From: a bacterium
GTDB taxonomy: Bacteria; Bacillota; Clostridia; Christensenellales; Aristaeellaceae
Direction of reading: 5' to 3'
Length of the DNA: 64,000 nt
Assembly (NCBI GenBank): GCA_029009515.1
Contig: JAQXJZ010000109.1
Coordinates: 4,066 to 68,065 of the forward strand
A program made the translations under genes and the position numbers. Shown piece after piece: positions 1 through 9,755 of this stretch (the stretch's first letter is position 1; each line of letters begins with the position of its first letter). The notes below the pieces were generated by a model. The model was not told where the DNA came from. It did not search any database and saw only the letters and a list, made by a program, of their open reading frames with translations.

Positions 1-393
1 CTGTGCCAGAAGACCGAGGCCGGACTGAATGCCAAAACCGGTCTTGCGCTGGACGTGCTGGACCGCCACACCGGCAAGCTGCGCGACGTGGGCACGCTGT
101 CCGGCGGCGAATCCTTCCTGGCGTCGCTTTCGCTGGCGCTGGGCTTTGCCGATGCGGTGCAGGCGCAGAAGGGCGGCGTGCAGCTGGAGACGCTGTTTAT
201 CGACGAGGGCTTCGGCTCATTGGATGACGACAGCCTGCGCCGCGCCCTGGAAGTACTGAACGAGCTGGCCGGCGGCAAGCGCCTCATTGGCGTCATCTCC
301 CACGTGCCCATGCTCAAGGCCAGCATCTCCAAAAAGATTCTGGTGGAGCGCAAACGCCCCTGCGGCAGCGGCGTGCGCATCGTAGAAGAGTAA
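1..393 (+). CDS. sbcC: SbcC/Rad50-family nuclease ATPase, C-terminal end (5' part outside window)
   Basis: Frame 1 is open from nt 1. Translation carries the SMC/ABC signature LSGGE, Walker B/D-loop LFIDEGFGSLD and H-loop ISHV, which is the canonical SbcC C-terminus. Confidence 0.8.
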   Translation: MCQKTEAGLNAKTGLALDVLDRHTGKLRDVGTLSGGESFLASLSLALGFADAVQAQKGGVQLETLFIDEGFGSLDDDSLRRALEVLNELAGGKRLIGVISHVPMLKASISKKILVERKRPCGSGVRIVEE

Positions 394-394
394 C

Positions 395-430
395 AAAAAA
401 GCAGCTGATGCGTAATCAGCTGCTTCTTTT
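395..430. terminator. Bidirectional rho-independent terminator between convergent sbcC and plsY
   Basis: 9-bp stem GCAGCTGAT/ATCAGCTGC (401-423) with a 5-nt loop, flanked by A6 on the left and TTCTTTT on the right. Confidence 0.75.
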
Positions 431-439
431 CATATTGCA

Positions 440-1063
440 TTACTTGGCCTTTTGGCCGATTTTGTTTTCTGTGCCGTTCAGCAGGCGCTGGATGTTGGCG
501 CGGTGACGCCACACGCACAGCGCAAACAGCACCACCGTGAACAGGCAGGTGAACCACTTGCCCCAGTTGGCAATGCACATGAACACCATGTAGCTGCCCA
601 GCAGCAGCATGCTGCCAAGGCTGATGAACCGCGTGACGGCAATGACCGCCACCGCAATCAGAATGGCCAGAATGCCCCACAGCGGGTTGACGATGAACAC
701 CACCGCGGCCGAGCACGCCACGCCCTTGCCGCCCTTAAAGCCGTAGAACACCGGCCAGTTGTGGCCGATGATGGCGAACAGACCAGCCAGCATCGTGCCA
801 AAGTTCTCCACGCCAAACACCGTGCCCGGCAGCAGCCAGCGGCCGATCAGACAGGCGATGGCCGCCTTGAAGAAATCGCCCAGGAAGGTAATCACACCGC
901 TCTTCAGGCCCAGCACACGCAGCACATTGCTGGCGCCGGTGTTCTTGCTGCCCTTGGTGCGGATATCCACGCCCTTGGCGCGGGAAAGGGTGATGCCAGT
1001 GGAAAAGCAGCCCAACAGGTATGCAATCACGCTGATTACAACCGAAAGCAGGATTTCGCGCAT
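440..1063 (-). CDS. plsY: Glycerol-3-phosphate acyltransferase PlsY
   Basis: Motifs GSKNTGASNVLR and GHNWPVFYGFKGGKGVA; multi-pass hydrophobic protein. Start moved to the second ATG (1063), 6 nt after GGAGG. Confidence 0.9.
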   Translation of the reverse strand: MREILLSVVISVIAYLLGCFSTGITLSRAKGVDIRTKGSKNTGASNVLRVLGLKSGVITFLGDFFKAAIACLIGRWLLPGTVFGVENFGTMLAGLFAIIGHNWPVFYGFKGGKGVACSAAVVFIVNPLWGILAILIAVAVIAVTRFISLGSMLLLGSYMVFMCIANWGKWFTCLFTVVLFALCVWRHRANIQRLLNGTENKIGQKAK

Positions 1064-1116
1064 AATCATCCTCCGAAAGTCTTTTTGTTGTACAGCCGAA
1101 CAAACGACCTTTTTAT

Positions 1117-1145
1117 ATTATACCACATCCCGGTTCAAATGCCAA
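1117..1145 (-). promoter_or_regulatory. Sigma-70-type promoter for plsY
   Basis: Minus strand reads TTGGCA, 17 nt, TATAAT with an upstream TG (extended -10), about 50 nt upstream of plsY. Confidence 0.55.
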
Positions 1146-1183
1146 CGCCGCCGTTTGACAGATGTGTAACGATTTCCACGCAC

Positions 1184-1213
1184 AAAAAAGGAGCAGCACT
1201 TGCATGCTGCTCC
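1184..1213 (-). terminator. Rho-independent terminator after the ABC ATPase gene
   Basis: GGAGCAGCA/TGCTGCTCC 9-bp stem (1190-1213). The A6 at 1184-1189 gives a U-run on the minus-strand transcript. Confidence 0.7.
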
Positions 1214-1252
1214 TCTGGTTTTTGGAAAAAACGGATCGGGCTGTACTGGAAA

Positions 1253-2377
<1,125 letters not shown>

Positions 2378-2390
2378 TTGCTTGTCCTCC

Positions 2391-3539
2391 TTAACCCTTC
2401 ACAGCGCCGCCGGTGACGCCTTCCACGTAGTACTTCTGCAGCGCCATGAATAGCGCGGTGATGGGAATGGCCACCAGCACGCCGCCCGCGCAGAAGCGGG
2501 TGAAATAACCCTGATAGTCGTTGGTGTTAACCCAGCGGTACAGACCAACCGCCACGTTGTAGCTGGCCTTGTGACCAAACGCCACGTAGGAAGCAAACAC
2601 ATAGTCGCCCCACGGGCCCATGAACGCCATCAGGATGGTATAAATGACGATGGGCTTGGCCATGGGCATGATGATCTTGAGAAATACGTGGAAGCGGGTC
2701 GCGCCGTCGATGCGGGCGGATTCATCCAGCGATTTCGGAATGGTATCAAAGAAGCCCTTGGAGATGTAGTAGCTCATGCCGGAGGACGCGCAGGAGATGA
2801 GGATGAGGCCGGGCACGGCGCCCGCCTGGGTCAGCCCCATCATCTTGAGCAGGTAGTACAAAACGATCATGGTCAGGAAGCCCGGGAACATGCCCAGCAC
2901 CAGCACCACGTTCATGATCAGCTTGCGGCCCTTGAAGCGCATGCGGCTCAGGGTGTAGGAAACGCTGAGCACCATGATGGTCTGGATGACCGCGCAGAAC
3001 AGCGCAATGGTGAGCGTGTTCATGAACCAGCGCACAAAGTCGCAGTTGGTGGAGTCCACGCAGCGCATCACGTTGATCACCAGCAGCACGCCAAAGACCA
3101 GGAGCGCATTTTTCAGGTTACCGCTCTTTTCCTCAAAGGGATTCTTGGGCTTGCGCCTGAGGAACGCCACCATGCCCGCAATGCCGGCCGCATTGGTGAT
3201 GACCGTCAGGATGATCGCGGGCAGATCCTTCACCAGCGCCTTCAGGCTGAAGGCCACGCCCTCAAACAGGAAGCGGTAGTTGTCCAGCGTCCACTGCTTG
3301 GGGATGACATAGGCCACCTGGCCGCCGCTTTCGCCGCGGAAGGACTGCAGCACCAGAAAGACGAACGGGCACAGCCAGACGATGCTCATCAGGATGAGGA
3401 TGACGTAGATGGTGGTGTTCACGCGGCGCTCATGGCCCTTCTTGGAGCGCAGCCTGGTTTCGGGCTGCACCTCGCGGATGACGCCCGCTTTTTCGTCAAC
3501 AACGATATCGACTTCCGGAATGTGATTTTTCTTGGCCAT
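2391..3539 (-). CDS. Sugar ABC permease, MalG-like (enlarged, 382 aa)
   Basis: EAA-loop motif DESARIDGATRFHVFLKIIMP and many hydrophobic segments. Its start overlaps the stop of the upstream permease (TAATG). Confidence 0.9.
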   Translation of the reverse strand: MAKKNHIPEVDIVVDEKAGVIREVQPETRLRSKKGHERRVNTTIYVILILMSIVWLCPFVFLVLQSFRGESGGQVAYVIPKQWTLDNYRFLFEGVAFSLKALVKDLPAIILTVITNAAGIAGMVAFLRRKPKNPFEEKSGNLKNALLVFGVLLVINVMRCVDSTNCDFVRWFMNTLTIALFCAVIQTIMVLSVSYTLSRMRFKGRKLIMNVVLVLGMFPGFLTMIVLYYLLKMMGLTQAGAVPGLILISCASSGMSYYISKGFFDTIPKSLDESARIDGATRFHVFLKIIMPMAKPIVIYTILMAFMGPWGDYVFASYVAFGHKASYNVAVGLYRWVNTNDYQGYFTRFCAGGVLVAIPITALFMALQKYYVEGVTGGAVKG

Positions 3540-5275
3540 TACTGGAAATCCTCCTCATTCTTGACGGACGGGATGAAGTTGTAGACAACCAGGTTGATCA
3601 CCGCGCAGACGACGAACACCAGAATGCCCATAACAGCCGCCAGTTTGTAGTTGCTGTCGGTCACGGTCATCTTGTACAGCCAGGTGATCAGCAGGTCCGT
3701 GGTGCCGGCGTTGCCAGCCAGCTCCAGGCCCAGCGGCTTGCCCTGAGACAGCAGGAAGATGACGTTGAAGTTGTTGATGTTGCTCGTAAAGCTGGTCAGC
3801 AGATAGGGGCCGGTGACGAACAGCATGTAGGGCAGCGTGATCTTCATGTAGGTCTGGAACGCATTGGCGCCGTCGATGCGGGCGGATTCGTACAGGTCGG
3901 CGGGGATGTTCATCAGAATGCCGGTGGCGATGAGCATCAAGTACGGGATGCCGATCCACACGTTGATGGCGATGATGGTTACCCTCGCCCAGGAGGGATC
4001 CGTCCAGAAGGGCAGCGGCTGGCTGATCCAGCCCCAGTTCATGAGCATGCCGTTCACCAGGCCGTCCGCCGCAAACATCTTGCTGACGTACAGAAGCGAA
4101 ATGAACTGCGGAATGGCGATGGTCATGACCAGAATGGTGCGCCAGAGCTTTTTGAACCTGATGCCCTTCTTGTTGATCATGATGGCAACCAGCATGCCCA
4201 GGAAGTAGTTGAGGAAGGTGGCAAAGAACGCCCAGATGAGCGTCCACAGCAGCACCTGACGGAAGGTGTAGGAGAAGGACGGGGTCTTGACCGTCTGGAG
4301 GTCCTTGCCAACAAAGCTGACGCTTTCGCCCGCCTCGTTGAACACCTCAATCTGGTAGGAACCGTCCGCCTGCTGTGTTAGCGTGAACTCCGTTTTGGAA
4401 TTCTGCGTGAGCGCGGCGGCCTCAACAGCGGCGGCGGGATCGGCCGTGTTCACCGTCAGGATGTCGCCGTTCTTGGCCGTGATGGTCAGCATGGCAGAAT
4501 CCGCCGTGCTGCTGGTCACTTCAAAGCGAACGTCCGATTCCGGGCTGGTCAGCAGGGTTTCAAAGTTGGCGGTGCCAACCCACGTAAACAGCTTTCCCGG
4601 GGGCTGGTGCTGGTTGTCGTAATTGGTGAAGGCAACCAGAATCATAAAGATGATGGGCAGGATGGTAAACACCGTCACGCCCAGCGTGGGCAGCGCCAGC
4701 AGCGTCTTGTGGAACTGCGTATCCAGCAGAGACGCCATGTCGTCCCTGGCGGACTTGAGCTTTCTGCCGGACTTGAGCACCATCTCGCTCAGCTTGTTCT
4801 GCTTGATGTTCACATACCAGGTATAGATGAATGCAGCAATGAAGAAGATGGTCAAAACGCCGTAGAGCAGGATGAGGAAGGAGTTGTCGCCGTACACGGT
4901 CACGCGGCCCTTCTTGGCCGTTTCCACCGTACCCAGCGTGGCCAGCTTGCCCAGATAGGTGCGGCCGAAGAACCAGATGTAGAGGTTAAACACCGTCTGG
5001 AACACAAAGAAGAGAAGGCCGCGCAGCCACTGTCCGCGCGCCGCGGAGCCAAAGCCCATTACGGTATAGGAAACCTTGGTTTTCCAGTCGCCCTTGACAT
5101 AGGTCCTGCCCAGATCCGCCAAAAAGCTTCCCAGCCCCCTGACGAGTCCGACCAGCCGCATCACAAGGCCCTTGAGCGCGCCCGCCAGCTTGCGGGGCAG
5201 GCTCAGGAAGAAGCGCTTGAGCTTCTGGACGAACTGCTGGGGCTTGCTGAGCCTCAAGAAATCCAGATCATTCAT
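3539..5275 (-). CDS. Sugar ABC permease, MalF-like, with a large extracytoplasmic insert
   Basis: EAA-loop motif YESARIDGANAFQTYMKITLP. A ~100-aa hydrophilic insert (SPESDV...SFSYTF) sits where the MalF P2 loop would be. Confidence 0.9.
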   Translation of the reverse strand: MNDLDFLRLSKPQQFVQKLKRFFLSLPRKLAGALKGLVMRLVGLVRGLGSFLADLGRTYVKGDWKTKVSYTVMGFGSAARGQWLRGLLFFVFQTVFNLYIWFFGRTYLGKLATLGTVETAKKGRVTVYGDNSFLILLYGVLTIFFIAAFIYTWYVNIKQNKLSEMVLKSGRKLKSARDDMASLLDTQFHKTLLALPTLGVTVFTILPIIFMILVAFTNYDNQHQPPGKLFTWVGTANFETLLTSPESDVRFEVTSSTADSAMLTITAKNGDILTVNTADPAAAVEAAALTQNSKTEFTLTQQADGSYQIEVFNEAGESVSFVGKDLQTVKTPSFSYTFRQVLLWTLIWAFFATFLNYFLGMLVAIMINKKGIRFKKLWRTILVMTIAIPQFISLLYVSKMFAADGLVNGMLMNWGWISQPLPFWTDPSWARVTIIAINVWIGIPYLMLIATGILMNIPADLYESARIDGANAFQTYMKITLPYMLFVTGPYLLTSFTSNINNFNVIFLLSQGKPLGLELAGNAGTTDLLITWLYKMTVTDSNYKLAAVMGILVFVVCAVINLVVYNFIPSVKNEEDFQ

Positions 5276-5319
5276 TTTTTCACACCAGCCAATCCGTTTT
5301 TCTCAGTTGTTTGCAAGAT

Positions 5320-5359
5320 ACAAAAGAGCGGGCCGGAAGCATTTTGCTCCCAGCCCGCC
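5320..5359 (-). terminator. Intercistronic stem-loop / partial terminator between the SBP and permease genes
   Basis: 10-bp stem (5327-5336 with 5350-5359). It is fully paired only on the minus-strand RNA, where two positions are G.U wobbles, and is followed there by CUUUUG. Confidence 0.45.
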
Positions 5360-5370
5360 ATTGTACATCA

Positions 5371-6576
5371 TTACTTGGAGATATAGGTGCCGGCGGTGGT
5401 CTGGAAAGTGGTCACGACTTCCATGAGCTGTTCGTCGGTGTAAGCATCGTACTTTTCAGCCAGGATGTCATCGCCCAGAGCGGTAGCCAGAGTCCAGTAG
5501 TCGCCAGGATACTGACCCTGACCGATGCAGTACTGCAGCTGAGAAGCCAGAGCGGACAGAGCCACGTCAGCCTTCACGCCCTCGGACTGCTGGGCTTCCA
5601 GATTGGAGGGGCCCCAGCCCACAGCGTCAAAACGGGCAGCCTGCACTTCGCCGGAGGTGAGGTACAGAGCCAGAGCGTCGCAGGCAGCCAGCTTGGCCTC
5701 GTCAGTCTGGGGCTTCACGCCCAGCATCTTGAAGCCGCCGAAGCCGCCCATCTGATAGCCGTCCACGGTGGGCAGCTTAACAGCAGCGTAGTTCTCGCCC
5801 AGCATTTCCTTCACAACAGCAGCGTCCCAGGTGCCGTCCACGATGGCGCCCAGATTGGTGGCGTTGGAGGCGGAGGAGCCGTTGACGTGAGCGGGGGACT
5901 TGGCCAGCTTGATCATGGACTTCAGGGCCTTCACGCCGTTTTCGGAAGCATAGTCGCAATCCATGGCAACGATGTTGCCGGCGTCATCGGTGGAGTAGGT
6001 CAGGGTGCAGCCAGCGCCGAAGAAGAAGGCGGTCTGGTACCAGCCGGAGTTGATTTCCATGTAGAAGTTCTTGCCGGCCTTCTCGCAGTCAGCCAGAACG
6101 GCTTCCAGGTTGGAAGGATCGGTCACAACGCTCTTGTCATAGTACATGAAGTAGCCGTTGTCGCTGGTCATGGGGTAGGCGTACATCACATCGCCCATCT
6201 TGACGGCGGACACGGAGCCGGCGTCGTTCTGAGCAACAACGATTTCAGCGTTTTCGGGAGCAACGTCGATCAGAGCGCCAGCGGCAACCAGACGGGCCAG
6301 CTGATCCTGGGCGAAGCCGAAGATGTCAGCGCCGGCTTCCACGTCGGTCAGCATGTTGGAGGCGGCATCGCCTTCACCAACGGGCTCGACCACGACGGTC
6401 ATGTTCGCGTAATCGGGGTTGGCAGCCTTGAAAGCTTCAACCTGAGCCTTGGTGAACTCGACGGTCGCTTCGGCAACCCAGAGCTTGATTTCGCCGCTGA
6501 AGCCTTCAGCAGAAGCGGCGCCGATCATGGAAACAGCCATGATCATGCACAGAACCAGAGCAAGGAACTTTTTCAT
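5371..6576 (-). CDS. Extracellular sugar-binding protein (maltodextrin-type ABC SBP)
   Basis: Signal peptide MKKFLALVLCMIMAVSMIGAASA. Heads the operon with MalF/MalG-like permeases. GGAGG lies 7 nt upstream of the ATG at 6576. Confidence 0.85.
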   Translation of the reverse strand: MKKFLALVLCMIMAVSMIGAASAEGFSGEIKLWVAEATVEFTKAQVEAFKAANPDYANMTVVVEPVGEGDAASNMLTDVEAGADIFGFAQDQLARLVAAGALIDVAPENAEIVVAQNDAGSVSAVKMGDVMYAYPMTSDNGYFMYYDKSVVTDPSNLEAVLADCEKAGKNFYMEINSGWYQTAFFFGAGCTLTYSTDDAGNIVAMDCDYASENGVKALKSMIKLAKSPAHVNGSSASNATNLGAIVDGTWDAAVVKEMLGENYAAVKLPTVDGYQMGGFGGFKMLGVKPQTDEAKLAACDALALYLTSGEVQAARFDAVGWGPSNLEAQQSEGVKADVALSALASQLQYCIGQGQYPGDYWTLATALGDDILAEKYDAYTDEQLMEVVTTFQTTAGTYISK

Positions 6577-6644
6577 TGGATATCCTCCTTTTTTTGTGAG
6601 AGACGTTCTCTCAATCAAACAGGCGCACCTGTTTTGCTGATTGT

Positions 6645-6680
6645 ATTATAACACCACTTGTTTTCTTTGTCAAACGTTTG
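6645..6680 (-). promoter_or_regulatory. Promoter of the ABC operon with a LacI/CcpA-type operator overlapping the -35
   Basis: Minus strand reads TTGACA (6668-6673), 17 nt, TATAAT (6645-6650). A perfect 10-bp palindrome CAAACGTTTG (6671-6680) sits within TGCAAACGTTTGACA. Confidence 0.6.
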
Positions 6681-6719
6681 CACACATTTTCCATGATGGT
6701 TAAGGTTAAATTTTGCACC

Positions 6720-8231
6720 TTATTTGACAAGGGCAACGATTGCATACGGCGGCAGCGTGAGAAGCGCGCCGTTTACAGAAATCTCCGCAGCCGCCTTTTC
6801 CTCAAACGCATCCAGCTGACCGGCCAGCTTCAGGCCATCCGCCTGCACCTCGCAGGTATGCGTCTTTTTGGCGGAGAAGTTGACGGCAATCCAGCTCTCT
6901 TCCCCATTCCATGTGCGCTTCATCACGCACACTTCGTCCTCCAGCAGCACAAACTCGTTGCGCCCCCATGCGATGGACGGCACCTGCTTTTTGAGCTGGT
7001 TGAGCGTCTGAGCGTAGCGCAGGAGGGAATGATCGTCCTTCAGCTGCTCATCCACGCACGGGAAGGCGTATTCCACCTTGGTCACGCCCGGCGGCTGCTG
7101 CGTCCTATCGCCGTCGTTCCAGTACATGGCCAGCCGCTTGTTGGGATCATCGCCGGAGCCCACCATGCCGATCTCATCGCCATAGTAGGTAAACGCCGCG
7201 CCGCCCATCAGGCTGCAAAGGGCGGTGGCAAACTTGGCGCGCTCCGGCACGCTGCGCGCCTGCAGGCTGCCTACTGCGCGGCCGGTATCGTGGTTGCCGA
7301 GAAAAGGAGCCAGCACCTTGCCGTCCAGCGCTTCCTCCACCTGCTGCAAAAAGCCTGCAAACTGTCTGGCAGGCTTGGAGCGTGCGCGGATGGTGCGGGC
7401 GATGTAGCCCTCCGCCTGCGAAGCCGGGAAGAGGAAGAAGCTGTCCAGCCCGCTCTGATAATACTCGGCAATGGTGGAAAGCCCCGTCCACGCCTCGCCC
7501 ACCAGATAGCAGCCCGGCTTGAGCGATTTGGCCGTATCGTTCAGCCAGCGCAGGAAACGCACGTTCTCCTCGGTATCGGCGGCATAGTAGCTGGTCACCG
7601 CGTCCAGGCGGAAGCCGTCCGCGCCGCAGTCGTTCAGCCAGAAATCCATGATGGCGGCAATCTCGCCGCGCACCGCATCGCTGTCCAGGTTCAGATCCGG
7701 CATGCCGCCGCCGGTGAACTGCTCCTCATAATACCAGTCCGTACCGGCCACCGGCGCCATCTTCTGACCGCCATGCTGAGAAAAGCAGTAGTAATCCACA
7801 TAGAGATTGTCCACAGCGCCCGCACGCAGCGCATCGCAGGCCTGCACAAACCACGGGTGCTGCACCGAGGAATGATTGACAGGCAGATCCACAATCAGGC
7901 GGATGCCGCGCTCATGGCAGGCATCCGCCAGAGCGCGGAAATCCGCCAGCGTGCCGTACTGCGGGTCGATCTGGCAGTAATCGGTCACGTCATACTTGTG
8001 ATAGCTGGGGCTGGGCATGATGGGCATGAGCCACAGGCCGTCATAGCCCAGATCGCTGATGTAATCCAGCCGGCTCAGCAAGCCGGGCAGATCGCCCACG
8101 CCGTCGCCGTCACTGTCCTGATAGGAGCGCACAAACACCTCGTACCAGCTGCAGGAAGGCGGCTGCTCCTGCGCCAGCGCGCACGAAAACAGGCAGATCA
8201 GCGCCGTCAGAAACGCAAACATTCTTTTCAT
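6720..8231 (-). CDS. GH13 alpha-amylase-family enzyme, probable lipoprotein
   Basis: GH13 regions DLPVNH, GADGFRLDAV, VGEAW and LGNHD. N-terminal signal with LFSC lipobox-like cysteine. Confidence 0.9.
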   Translation of the reverse strand: MKRMFAFLTALICLFSCALAQEQPPSCSWYEVFVRSYQDSDGDGVGDLPGLLSRLDYISDLGYDGLWLMPIMPSPSYHKYDVTDYCQIDPQYGTLADFRALADACHERGIRLIVDLPVNHSSVQHPWFVQACDALRAGAVDNLYVDYYCFSQHGGQKMAPVAGTDWYYEEQFTGGGMPDLNLDSDAVRGEIAAIMDFWLNDCGADGFRLDAVTSYYAADTEENVRFLRWLNDTAKSLKPGCYLVGEAWTGLSTIAEYYQSGLDSFFLFPASQAEGYIARTIRARSKPARQFAGFLQQVEEALDGKVLAPFLGNHDTGRAVGSLQARSVPERAKFATALCSLMGGAAFTYYGDEIGMVGSGDDPNKRLAMYWNDGDRTQQPPGVTKVEYAFPCVDEQLKDDHSLLRYAQTLNQLKKQVPSIAWGRNEFVLLEDEVCVMKRTWNGEESWIAVNFSAKKTHTCEVQADGLKLAGQLDAFEEKAAAEISVNGALLTLPPYAIVALVK

Positions 8232-9619
8232 GACTGCTTCTCCTTTTCAAAATACTCGTCCAGCCGCTTAAGCGCCAGCACATACACGCGGATGGCGCGG
8301 ATCAGGTCGTCCACGCACACAGCCTCGTCTGCGCCGTGCGCTTCGCCAAAGGGCTTCTTCCTTCGCGGATCCATCACGCCCGGCCCGTACGGCAGCGATC
8401 GCGGGAACAGGCGCGAATGCGTGCCGCCGCCCATCACATAGGGTTTGGCGTTGGGATCAAGAAACTCTCGGCAGGTATCCAGCAGAATCTGCACCTCGGG
8501 CTCGTCAGGTGAATCGAGGCGCGGCGGGCTCCAATTCACATTTTCCAGCGCAATGCCCAGCTTGCCGAGCCGCTTCTTCAGCGCATACAGCAGGCTTTCG
8601 CCGCGCTGGGTTACGGCGGAACGCACGTTGATGTTCTGGATGAGCCTGCCGTTTTCCATGCGGATCAGGCCGCCCACGCAGGTGGTTTTGCCCGAAACAG
8701 CGTCCTCGTGCTGAATGCGCAGCCCCGTGCCGAAGCTGTCCGGAAAGCACTGGCGCAGGCGGTGGATTTTGTCCGCCGCATCGCCGGTGAGCAGATGCAG
8801 ATCATCCAGCAGCTCCAGCAGCCTGAAGATGGCGTTATCGCCCTGAAGCGGCACGCAGCAGTGCGCCGCCTTGCCCTGCACATGGATGCGGATGCCGTCC
8901 TCCGTCTCTTCCACCAGCGCCTTTTTCCGCGCAAGCGCCAGCGCTTCGACATCGGCATGACTCAAAAGCGCATATGCATCCGCCGGGACGGAATTGCTTG
9001 CCACGCCGCCGCGGATGTCCAGCAGATTGCCGCCTGTCATCTCCAGCACGAGATCGGCCTCCAGAATGCCCTTTTCGCCGATGCACCCGGCCCACGCGCC
9101 ATCGCAGTTGAGGGTATAGGCAGGCGGTTCGTGGCACGCCAGATAGTGCCGCACATCGGCCATGTCCGTCTCCTCGCTGGTTCCGGCCATCAGGCGGATG
9201 GTGCTTTGCAGCTCCACGCCCATCTCGCGCAGGCAGCGCAGCACGTACAGGCACATCACCACCGGGCCCTTGCAGTCGCTGCTGCCCCGGCCGATGACCC
9301 AGCCTTCTTTTTCAACCGCGTCATAGGGCGCATGCTTCCAGCCGTCGCCCTCTGGCACCACGTCGATGTGCCCGAGCATGCCCAGCTCGCGCGATCCTTT
9401 CGCGCCCGCATGCAGCACGCTCACGCTGTAAACGCCATCCCGCTCCACCGCAAAGCCGTACTTCTTCGCCAGTTCAGCCAGATGATCCGCCGCTGCATCG
9501 CACCCGGGCGTTCCCGTGACGGATGGAATGTTGATGAGAGAAATCAGGTCGCGCACCAGCTCATCCCGGTGCATGGCAGCCCATGCGTCCACCGCGGCTG
9601 CAAGCATTCTTTCGTTCAT
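8228..9619 (-). CDS. M20-family dipeptidase (PepV/Sapep-like)
   Basis: Metal-site motif HIDVVPEGDGW and GRGSSDCKGP, ~460 aa as in PepV-type dipeptidases. Its stop overlaps the amylase start (ATGA). Confidence 0.8.
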   Translation of the reverse strand: MNERMLAAAVDAWAAMHRDELVRDLISLINIPSVTGTPGCDAAADHLAELAKKYGFAVERDGVYSVSVLHAGAKGSRELGMLGHIDVVPEGDGWKHAPYDAVEKEGWVIGRGSSDCKGPVVMCLYVLRCLREMGVELQSTIRLMAGTSEETDMADVRHYLACHEPPAYTLNCDGAWAGCIGEKGILEADLVLEMTGGNLLDIRGGVASNSVPADAYALLSHADVEALALARKKALVEETEDGIRIHVQGKAAHCCVPLQGDNAIFRLLELLDDLHLLTGDAADKIHRLRQCFPDSFGTGLRIQHEDAVSGKTTCVGGLIRMENGRLIQNINVRSAVTQRGESLLYALKKRLGKLGIALENVNWSPPRLDSPDEPEVQILLDTCREFLDPNAKPYVMGGGTHSRLFPRSLPYGPGVMDPRRKKPFGEAHGADEAVCVDDLIRAIRVYVLALKRLDEYFEKEKQS

Positions 9620-9645
9620 TCGGCTTCCCGTCCTTCCTGCCGCCT

Positions 9646-9674
9646 ATTCTATCACACGGCCTTTTCTTTTGCAA
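9646..9674 (-). promoter_or_regulatory. Candidate promoter for the dipeptidase-amylase pair
   Basis: Minus strand reads TTGCAA, 17 nt, TAGAAT, about 30 nt upstream of the start codon. Confidence 0.4.
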
Positions 9675-9682
9675 AAAACTGC

Positions 9683-9711
9683 TTGACAGGCGAACCTTCC
9701 TGTTGTATCAT
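9683..9711 (+). promoter_or_regulatory. Promoter of the lacI-GH31-GH65 operon
   Basis: TTGACA (9683-9688), 17-nt spacer, TATCAT (9706-9711). Confidence 0.55.
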
Positions 9712-9717
9712 AAAGTT

Positions 9718-9733
9718 ACTGAAACGTTAAAGT
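9718..9733 (+). promoter_or_regulatory. Candidate LacI-family operator
   Basis: ACTGAAACGTTAAAGT is 12 of 16 positions self-complementary around an AACGTT core. It lies immediately downstream of the -10, fitting autoregulation. Confidence 0.4.
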
Positions 9734-9755
9734 GATCAACAGAAGGAGCCTGCAT

